Source of the DNA: Acinetobacter wanghuae
GTDB lineage: Bacteria; Pseudomonadota; Gammaproteobacteria; Pseudomonadales; Moraxellaceae
NCBI RefSeq assembly: GCF_009557235.1
Contig: NZ_CP045650.1
Coordinates: 1,050,001-1,082,000, forward strand
DNA length: 32,000 nt
Reading direction: 5' to 3'
Shown here: positions 25,682 through 32,000 of the stretch, one piece after another
Layout: every line of letters begins with the position of its first letter
Numbering within the stretch: the stretch's first letter is position 1
Translations under genes and position numbers: made by a program
The notes under the pieces: generated by a model
What the model saw: only the letters and a program-made list of their open reading frames with translations
Database searches by the model: none
Told to the model about the DNA's origin: nothing

Positions 25682-26644
25682 GTGATTTGGGGCATGAAAC
25701 AAAAAGAAAATGCTGACTTAAGACAACAAAATGAAATGCTCGAGCAGAAAATAAAGGCTTTTGCCCCTCAAATCCAACGATTCCTCAGTGAAATTAACGC
25801 CATTGTATTAGACAAAGAGCAGCAAACAACGTTAGCGTTATGCTGCTTAATTGCAGGTGGGCATGTTCTATTCGAGGACTTACCTGGCCTTGGTAAAACC
25901 ACGTTGGCGAGTAGCTTGGCTCATTTAGCAGATTTAAAGTTTCAACGAATTCAATTTACCAATGACATGCTGGCAAGTGATGTAATTGGCATTAATATGT
26001 TTAATCAAAAAGAACATCAATTTGAGTTTAAGCAAGGTCCAATTTTTACTCAAATCTTACTCGCTGATGAAATTAATCGCTCTAGTCCTAAAACGCAAAG
26101 CGCACTTTTAGAAGCGATGGAAGAAGGGTTTACCACGGTGGATGGTCATCGTTATGAATTACCCAAACCATTTTGGGTCATAGCCACACAAAACCCATTA
26201 TTTCAAAGTGGCACCTATGCTTTGCCCGAGTCACAACTTGATCGTTTCCTGATGCGGCTATCTTTAGGTTATCCATCAAGGCAAGCGGAGAAAGTTTTAT
26301 TACAACAAGAATCGCGAGCGGCTTTAATTTCGATGCTGACGCATGTCTTTCATGAGCAAGATATTTTGCAATTACAAAGTCTTGTACAGCAAATTTTTGT
26401 CAGTGATGTAATGCAAGATTATTTACTCGATTTGGCGGCAGAAACACGTAAAAAACGTCATGGACTCTCCACCCGTGGACTATTGGCATTGAAACGCGCT
26501 GCACAAGCTTATGCATTGATTCAACAACGTGCCTTTGTTACGCCTGATGATATACAAGCCGTATTTGTAGCAGTCGCATCGCATCGTATTGGTTTAAGTG
26601 AAATTGAAACTGCGCAACTTTTGCAACACGTCGCTGTGAGCTAA
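25682..26644 (+). CDS. MoxR-family AAA+ ATPase
   Basis: GGHVLFEDLPGLGKTTLA (Walker A), RIQFTNDMLASDVIG, LLADEINRSSPKTQSALLEAMEE (Walker B), ATQNP and LDRF. GTG 25682 follows GGAGAG. ATG 25694 is the alternative start. Confidence 0.9.
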   Translation: MIWGMKQKENADLRQQNEMLEQKIKAFAPQIQRFLSEINAIVLDKEQQTTLALCCLIAGGHVLFEDLPGLGKTTLASSLAHLADLKFQRIQFTNDMLASDVIGINMFNQKEHQFEFKQGPIFTQILLADEINRSSPKTQSALLEAMEEGFTTVDGHRYELPKPFWVIATQNPLFQSGTYALPESQLDRFLMRLSLGYPSRQAEKVLLQQESRAALISMLTHVFHEQDILQLQSLVQQIFVSDVMQDYLLDLAAETRKKRHGLSTRGLLALKRAAQAYALIQQRAFVTPDDIQAVFVAVASHRIGLSEIETAQLLQHVAVS

Positions 26645-26657
26645 AAGGAGCATTATT

Positions 26658-27563
26658 GTGTCCAAAGCTTGGCAAATGTGGCTAAAAAAACGCTTTCAAT
26701 ATCATCAGCCTAAAACGTTATCACAACGCGATGTATTAGTTTTTATCTATCGGCAAGGTTATTTATATCTTGTTCTTATTTTTATCAGTTTTATTGCGGG
26801 TGTGAATTATGCCAATAATCTGATTTTAGGTTTTTGTTTTCTCGTCAGCGCCGTCTTATGTATTAGTTTTTATCTGACTTTTAAACAGTTACATGGTTTG
26901 AAAATAGAATTGGTCGCAGAGGAGGTTGGTCAAGTCGGTCAAGCTGCACAATTACATTGCTATTTTCATCAACCGATCAAATAAGCCAGATATTTATATC
27001 TTGAATGTGGCGAGCATGTTGAAAAAATTTATCTTTCAGAAATAAGGCAGCAGATGAGTCTGACCTTTTATAGTGAAAACCGTGGGTTATTTGAATATCC
27101 AAAGATCAAACTTTATTCTGTATATCCTTTTGGATTGGTTCGGGCATGGACGTATTTTTATCATCAAAAAAAAGCATGGATTGCACCGAAGGCAGAATTG
27201 GTATCGACCGATCATAAGACAACCAAAAATAGCCAAGAATCCGATTTGGATGAATATCGAGAGCTGCGTAATTATCAGTTAGGAGATTCCTTACATGCGG
27301 TTTCTTGGAAACAAGTCGCACGTGGACAGGGCATGTATATCAAAGTTTTTGAGCCACATCAGGATGAGCAAAGTCTAGAGATTTGCTATGAACAAATGCC
27401 AAGTCAATCGCATGAGCAAAAACTACAATATATGATGGGTTTAGTCGAACAATGTGAACAGCAACAAGCGGCTTATCGTTTGCAATTACCGCAGGCAGAA
27501 TTAGAACTCGGGGTGGGTGATCAGCAATTACATAAAGCCAAAATCTTATTGGCGCAGGCTTAA
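26658..27563 (+). pseudogene. DUF58-family protein gene interrupted by a single in-frame TAA
   Basis: ORFs 26658-26984 and 27054-27563 are in the same frame (offset 396 = 132 codons). The 23 codons between them are open, and the only interruption is TAA at 26982-26984. The N-terminal part has two TM helices. The C-terminal part has the DUF58 core YRELRNYQLGDSLHAVSWKQVARGQGMYIKVFE. AAGGAG precedes GTG 26658. Confidence 0.75.
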
Positions 27564-27566
27564 ATC

Positions 27567-29549
27567 ATGAATGCCGATATCCGTACACCGATCTTACTCA
27601 GTCTGAGTTTAATCTTACTCACTCAAGTGGCTTTTTTAGCTGTACCTTTAAGTGTTGTTTTAGCAGTTGAATTGGCTTGTTTATTCTATTATCTGAAAAA
27701 GCAAAAGCTCATTCCGAAAAAAATCACATTTTTACTGACATTAATCGCCGTTATTGCAATCTATAGCCAATATAAGAGTTTTATTGGTGTCGATGCAGGT
27801 GTGGCGGTATTAACGACATTTATGTTTGCCAAAGCATTAGAAAGTAAGAATAAACGTGATTTTATTATTCTTTTTAACTTTGCTTTGTTTGTGGCTGCCA
27901 GTTCATTTTTATATAGTCAAAGTTTTTGGATGGCATTGGCGGTTCTTCTATGTTTACTCAGTTGTATGGTGGGGCTGTATCGCATTCAGGTTTCAGAATT
28001 TGAAGCATCTATGCCTTCACAAACATCATCAGCTAAAGCACTCTTACAAGATTTAAAACATGTCGGGCGCTTTGTGGCACTGGCTTTTCCATTTTTTATT
28101 TTACTCTTCATGTTTTTCCCACGCTTGCCACCACTTTGGCATATACCAATTCCCGAAAATAAGGCAGTGACAGGCATTAGCGATAGTATGTCGCCAGGAG
28201 ATATTGCATCACTCTCGCAATCGAGTGCATTGGCATTTCGGATTATTGGAGATATTCAGCGCTTACCAAAGCAGACTGATCTGTATTGGCGTGCATTGGT
28301 TTTGGATGAATATGATGGGCAAAAGTGGACGAGTCATTTTGTAAATCAACAACCAACACAAATTTCGGTCAAAAATACAGATGTTTGGAATTATCAATAT
28401 TTAGCGGCTGACACATCTGTACTTTGGATTATGGGATTAGATCAGTCCATTCCGCATGAACGTTACTATTTCAATCGCCAAGATGGCAGCATTGTACCGC
28501 GTCGTCTCACACAGCGCGTTGAGCCTATATCATTACAGTGGGTGGGTACGCATGATACGATGCAACAACCTGAGTATATCTATCGAATTAATACCAAGAT
28601 TCAATCCAATTTAGATTTGAAATCTCAACAACTTGCTACGCGTTTATATTCAGAAAGTCAGCAAGATGCCAAACGATATATACAGAATGTGTTGAATTGG
28701 TACAGACAAAATAACTTTGTCTATACCTTAAATCCGGGCATCTTAGGGCACAACCGAATTGATGATTTTTTATTTAATTCACGCCAAGGGTTTTGTGAAC
28801 ATTATGCTTCAAGTTTTGTCATGTTAATGCGTTTTGCCGGTATTCCTGCACGTGTTGTGACAGGCTATCAAGGTGGGCAGTTGGCACCCGATGGCAAGAG
28901 TTGGGAGGTAAGGCAACTGGATGCACACGCATGGACAGAAGTATTGCTCGATGGACAATGGCAAAGGATTGATCCAACCGCGGTGATTTCTGCACAACGT
29001 ATTGAAAATGGTATGCAAACCTTAATGCAGCAGGATGCCAGTATTTTTGGTCAAGAAAATAGGTGGTCGCCCCATCGTTTTCAACTATTGACTAAAATGC
29101 GGATTTGGGGAGATTACGCATCGTACCAATGGCAAAGTAAAGTGGTGGGTTATAACAGTGAGTCTCAGCAAAAATGGTTTGAAAAATTAGGACTAAAATC
29201 CACCTATATGGCTATTTTGACGCTATTTAGTGCTGTGCTCTTTTTAATGTTGCTTTATTTCACTGTTATTTCTTTGAAAAAACGTCATTCCGTTTCATCT
29301 TTGGATCGTGAGATTGATCGCTTTAACAAACAATTAAGTTTTGAATTAAAAAGGCAATCGAATGAAACCTTTCGTCAGTGGCTGCAACGGATATCACTTG
29401 GTGTAGATGATGAAAAACGTATGAAGTTCATGCAAACCATACAGATTTATGATCGGGTCATGTATGCAGGGTCAGAGAAAAATGATGCAGATCTAAAGGA
29501 ATTCAAAGGCTTGCTTAAATATTGTGCATTCATTTTAAAAAATAAATGA
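27567..29549 (+). CDS. TgpA-like membrane transglutaminase (N-terminal multi-TM region, transglutaminase core, C-terminal TM/DUF4129-like tail)
   Basis: Cys-His-Asp core: RQGFCEHYASSFVMLMRFAGIPARVVTGY, LDAHAWTEVLLDGQWQRIDPT. Several N-terminal TM helices and one late TM (YMAILTLFSAVLFLMLLYF). The start is 3 nt after the DUF58 stop. Confidence 0.88.
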   Translation: MNADIRTPILLSLSLILLTQVAFLAVPLSVVLAVELACLFYYLKKQKLIPKKITFLLTLIAVIAIYSQYKSFIGVDAGVAVLTTFMFAKALESKNKRDFIILFNFALFVAASSFLYSQSFWMALAVLLCLLSCMVGLYRIQVSEFEASMPSQTSSAKALLQDLKHVGRFVALAFPFFILLFMFFPRLPPLWHIPIPENKAVTGISDSMSPGDIASLSQSSALAFRIIGDIQRLPKQTDLYWRALVLDEYDGQKWTSHFVNQQPTQISVKNTDVWNYQYLAADTSVLWIMGLDQSIPHERYYFNRQDGSIVPRRLTQRVEPISLQWVGTHDTMQQPEYIYRINTKIQSNLDLKSQQLATRLYSESQQDAKRYIQNVLNWYRQNNFVYTLNPGILGHNRIDDFLFNSRQGFCEHYASSFVMLMRFAGIPARVVTGYQGGQLAPDGKSWEVRQLDAHAWTEVLLDGQWQRIDPTAVISAQRIENGMQTLMQQDASIFGQENRWSPHRFQLLTKMRIWGDYASYQWQSKVVGYNSESQQKWFEKLGLKSTYMAILTLFSAVLFLMLLYFTVISLKKRHSVSSLDREIDRFNKQLSFELKRQSNETFRQWLQRISLGVDDEKRMKFMQTIQIYDRVMYAGSEKNDADLKEFKGLLKYCAFILKNK

Positions 29550-29555
29550 AAACAC

Positions 29556-29584
29556 TTGTCTTTAGTTTCATATATTTATAATAT
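29556..29584 (+). promoter_or_regulatory. candidate sigma70 promoter of tRNA-Val
   Basis: TTGTCT (29556-29561), a 17-bp spacer, TAATAT (29579-29584), then GC-rich discriminator GCGAAGC. The tRNA 5' end is 12 nt downstream of the -10. Confidence 0.45.
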
Positions 29585-29596
29585 GCGAAGCATTCT

Positions 29597-29673
29597 AGGT
29601 GTATAGCTCAGTTGGTTAGAGCGCTACGTTGACATCGTAGAGGTCAGCAGTTCGAGTCTGCTTATACCTACCA
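29597..29673 (+). tRNA. tRNA-Val (anticodon GAC), CCA encoded
   Basis: Hand-folded 77-nt cloverleaf. Acceptor AGGTGTA/TATACCT (one G-U), D arm GCTC-AGTTGGTTA-GAGC, anticodon arm CTACG-TTGACAT-CGTAG, variable loop AGGTC, T arm AGCAG-TTCGAGT-CTGCT, discriminator A, CCA. Confidence 0.93.
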
Positions 29674-29718
29674 AGATACTAAAATCATAGATTGTTACAT
29701 AACCTTATATGATTAACT

Positions 29719-29752
29719 AAGCCTTAAACTACAATAGTTTAGGGCTTTTTTA
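29719..29752 (+). terminator. rho-independent terminator downstream of tRNA-Val
   Basis: AAGCCTTAAACTA-caa-TAGTTTAGGGCTT forms a 13-bp stem with one G-U and is followed by TTTT. Confidence 0.7.
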
Positions 29753-29795
29753 TTGCCTTGTATAAGCTTGCTTGATCTCATATAACACGAAATAA

Positions 29796-29844
29796 CTTGT
29801 ACACTATTGTGTACACAGATAAATTATAGAACTCAGTGTACAAG
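29796..29844. promoter_or_regulatory. three TGTACA-core repeats upstream of the integrase gene (possible operator / recombinase-binding sites)
   Basis: CTTGTACAC (29796-29804) and GTGTACAAG (29836-29844) form a perfect 9-bp inverted repeat. It flanks the self-palindromic GTGTACAC (29809-29816). All three lie 10-60 bp upstream of the int ATG. Confidence 0.3.
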
Positions 29845-29854
29845 AATTATTATT

Positions 29855-31069
29855 ATGAAAAGATCAGAAGTAAAGGTGGGTAAACGTCTATCAGATACGA
29901 CTTTAGAGGCTTTAGAGCCTGATCCTAAAGTGAGTGAATATAAAATTCATGACGGCGATCATCTTTACTTTCGTGTACAAGCGAATGGTAAGAAATCATG
30001 GGTACTCAGATATAAGAATAATGAGGGAAAGTGGGCTGTATTTGGTCTTGGATCTTATCCTAGTGTGAGTGGTGCTTTAGCAAGGAAAAAAGCAAAAGAA
30101 TTTCAAATAAGGCTATTCAATGGCGAAATTATTAAAACAAAAAATGATATTCGTTTGGAGAAAAAGATAGATCAAGAATATTTATTTAAGAATTTAATGG
30201 ATACATGGTTAGCCACTAAAAAAAATAATTGGGGTGAAGCTACCTATAGTAAAGCTGTTAAATCAATTGAGCGTCATATCTATCCGAAATTTGGCAATCG
30301 GAACTATCAGACAATTGAACCGAATGAATGGTTAACTTTTTTTCAGTCTTTACAGAATGATTTAGGTATCTTGACGCAAGTTGAAAAATTAACGGCTTAT
30401 TGCCGTAGTGCTTATAATCTTGCTAAATTCAATCAAAAGATTACTTTCAATCCATTGGAGGGCATGACCGAGTTTTTAGCAAAACGCCAAAAGAATAATA
30501 TGAAACATGTGGAGCTTGAAAAATTACCTGAATTATTAAAAGCGATCCGATCTAATCCATCACGTCCTATTGGAATTGGTTTAGAGTTAATGGTCTTACT
30601 CTTTCCACGACCATCTGAGTTAAGAGAGGCGTTATGGAGTGACTTTGATCTAGATAAGGCAATATGGGTTAAACCTGCGGAAAGAACGAAAACAGGCGTA
30701 ATTCATGGCGTACCATTGCCACATCAAGCCATTACATTATTAAAAGAATTGGAAAACTATAAAACAGCGTCCGACTTTCTTTTCCCAAGTCGTGATAGTT
30801 ATGAAAAGCCAGTCAGTGATATGACGTTCAATACAGCCTTAAATCGTTTGGGATATAAGAACAGACAAAATCCGCATGGTTTTAGGCATATTGCGAGTAC
30901 TGCTTTAAATAATCAGTTTAGTGATAAGTCGCAAGTCGTAGAAGCTTGTTTGGGGCATATTAAGAAAGGTGTAAAAGGCGTGTATGACAAGGGGAGTCAT
31001 TTTGATGAACGTATTGAGATGATGCAATGGTGGGCAGATAAAGTTAATGTAATGGAAGTCATAAAATGA
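29855..31069 (+). CDS. int: tyrosine-type site-specific integrase (P4/CP4-57 type with DUF4102-like arm-binding N-terminus)
   Basis: N-terminus LSDTTLEALEPDPKVSEYKIHDGDHLYFRVQANGKKSWVLRYK. Catalytic region has RPSELREALW (Arg), HGFRH (His-x-x-Arg), LGH and VY (Tyr). The start is taken at ATG 29855 (MKRSEVKV). Confidence 0.9.
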   Translation: MKRSEVKVGKRLSDTTLEALEPDPKVSEYKIHDGDHLYFRVQANGKKSWVLRYKNNEGKWAVFGLGSYPSVSGALARKKAKEFQIRLFNGEIIKTKNDIRLEKKIDQEYLFKNLMDTWLATKKNNWGEATYSKAVKSIERHIYPKFGNRNYQTIEPNEWLTFFQSLQNDLGILTQVEKLTAYCRSAYNLAKFNQKITFNPLEGMTEFLAKRQKNNMKHVELEKLPELLKAIRSNPSRPIGIGLELMVLLFPRPSELREALWSDFDLDKAIWVKPAERTKTGVIHGVPLPHQAITLLKELENYKTASDFLFPSRDSYEKPVSDMTFNTALNRLGYKNRQNPHGFRHIASTALNNQFSDKSQVVEACLGHIKKGVKGVYDKGSHFDERIEMMQWWADKVNVMEVIK

Positions 31070-31824
31070 AAATGGAAATAAGCACGCTTAGCATGTATGA
31101 GGTTGTCACTGAAATTATTGTGATTTATATGACTTATCCTGAAGATAAAATTAAAAGAGATCAAGCCTTCGCACGTTTTCTTACTAGTTGGATTAACAAT
31201 AACTCTGAGATTGATGAACGGGCATCTCATATCACAAAATTTGCTAGAGAATATGCTGTTTTATTTCCCTTAGCTCAAAATTATAAAGATCCGAATAAAG
31301 GTTACTCATTTAATAAATTAGCTATAGTGGCAAATTTATTAATAACGTTATTTAGGTTAGATGTAAGTAATGTGTCAGTTTCTATGTATAGTGCTTACGG
31401 TTTCACTTTAGCTATGGACAAGAAAAATAAATTAGGGAAAACCAAAATAAGTGAGCGCAGATTAAAAGAGTATTGGATGGAATATAGATCAGTCGCCCAT
31501 ATAGCGATGTTTTTTTTATTACATGGAAGAAATGAGGTAACTCAAGAAGAGTATCCGAAATTTATATCCTCTTTATATATCCTTCAAGAGAAGTACAAGA
31601 AAATAATTAGTAAAAATAACAATTTTAGCTATGAAATTTGGGAGCTACCAAGTTTAAGCGATTTGAATTGGTCGCTAGGTAGTAGAGAGATACCACAAAG
31701 CTTCTATTCTAAAATGATTAAAAGTATCGAAATTCAACCATTTAATGAGAAGGAACTTTTATTCTTAGAAGACTCAAAAAAATTTGTAAGAAACAGTGAT
31801 CAATATAAAAAAATTGTTAAATAG
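31066..31824 (+). CDS. hypothetical protein, island cargo (no recognisable motif)
   Basis: 252-aa ORF whose ATG overlaps the integrase TGA (ATGA at 31066-31069). It is very AT-rich and appears mainly helical with Lys, Glu and Asn abundant. A weak terminator follows. Confidence 0.6.
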   Translation: MKMEISTLSMYEVVTEIIVIYMTYPEDKIKRDQAFARFLTSWINNNSEIDERASHITKFAREYAVLFPLAQNYKDPNKGYSFNKLAIVANLLITLFRLDVSNVSVSMYSAYGFTLAMDKKNKLGKTKISERRLKEYWMEYRSVAHIAMFFLLHGRNEVTQEEYPKFISSLYILQEKYKKIISKNNNFSYEIWELPSLSDLNWSLGSREIPQSFYSKMIKSIEIQPFNEKELLFLEDSKKFVRNSDQYKKIVK

Positions 31825-31829
31825 TGGGG

Positions 31830-31855
31830 GTGCAAGATTATTTTGCACTTTTTTC
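31830..31855 (+). terminator. weak terminator-like hairpin
   Basis: GTGCAA-gattatt-TTGCAC followed by TTTTTT. Confidence 0.4.
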
Positions 31856-31918
31856 AGCTTAAAAAATAGATATTAAAGTGGCTTCTGTATTTCATTTGAA
31901 CACATGCAGAGGCATACA

Positions 31919-32000
31919 ATGCTGAAAAGATATAACGAAGTCTGTGATTTATTAAGTCTCTCTCGTACTGGGCTGCAAAAGCTCATGCAAAAAGATCCTC
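31919..32000 (+). CDS. AlpA-family HTH regulator / excisionase-like protein, N-terminal fragment (runs off the window)
   Basis: ATG 31919 is preceded by AGAGG. The first 27 codons, MLKRYNEVCDLLSLSRTGLQKLMQKDP, fit the AlpA/Xis-type HTH pattern (xxEVxxLLGLSRxTLxxL) that commonly follows P4-type integrases. Confidence 0.5.
   Translation, partial: MLKRYNEVCDLLSLSRTGLQKLMQKDP

Larger units (their letters stand above)
29597..32000 (+). mobile_element. left end of a tRNA-Val-associated integrative genomic island (continues beyond the window)
   Basis: The tRNA 3' end is followed within 180 bp by a P4-type tyrosine integrase, an AT-rich orphan gene and an AlpA-like regulator/excisionase start. G+C drops relative to the core genes (about 22-35% in two spot-counted 60-nt lines here, against about 48% in one spot-counted cstA line). 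The attR end is not in view. Confidence 0.6.

Noticed and set aside
26658-27563. Treating the 108-aa and 169-aa ORFs as two genuine genes
   Set aside because: They share a frame, a single stop separates them, the intervening codons are open, and only the combination gives a complete DUF58 architecture. It is reported as a pseudogene or split gene instead.
27073-29018. ORFs 27073-27282 (+), 27106-27321 (-), 27856-28056 (+), 27986-28177 (-) and 28824-29018 (-)
   Set aside because: Alternative-frame or antisense ORFs within the DUF58 and TgpA-like genes, without motifs.
30997-31230. 77-aa minus-strand ORF across the int / orphan-gene junction
   Set aside because: It is antisense to two co-directional, overlap-coupled genes in very AT-rich DNA, and is most likely a chance ORF.

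Overview
About 32 kb of gamma-proteobacterial chromosome. Gene content, gene order and AT-richness look Acinetobacter/Moraxellaceae-like, but that is inference only because no search was possible. Most of the window is conserved housekeeping core: gamma-carbonic-anhydrase-like protein, dacC, surE, nlpD, a LysR regulator, argD, grxD, a Lon-like protease, ampG, gloA, a BASS transporter, rpmE, epmB/efp, cstA plus a ybdD/yjiX-like gene, and a MoxR-DUF58-TgpA operon. Most have clear rho-independent terminators. I saw no rRNA and no CRISPR array. The accessory or unusual content is: (1) a 976-bp IS982-family element with 4-bp AGTT target duplications that splits an AT-rich membrane-protein gene, whose frame reconstructs exactly when the IS is removed. 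(2) A DUF58 gene broken by one in-frame TAA. (3) A tRNA-Val(GAC) followed by a P4-type tyrosine integrase, a 252-aa orphan that overlaps the integrase stop, and an AlpA-like gene. This is the left end of a genomic island that runs off the window. (4) An AmpG-family permease with a roughly 210-aa Ig-like insertion in a predicted periplasmic loop. (5) An epmB / PilZ-like / REC-PAS-GGDEF-EAL cluster in which all signalling motifs look degenerate (FimX-like). (6) Two tandem paralogous small secreted two-cysteine proteins. (7) A Lon-like protease with a lysine-rich tail. (8) A truncated AT-rich orphan ORF at the left edge. I do not see a complete, obviously novel multi-gene system inside the window. 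The best places for one are the island right of the tRNA, which is mostly out of view, and the region left of position 1.
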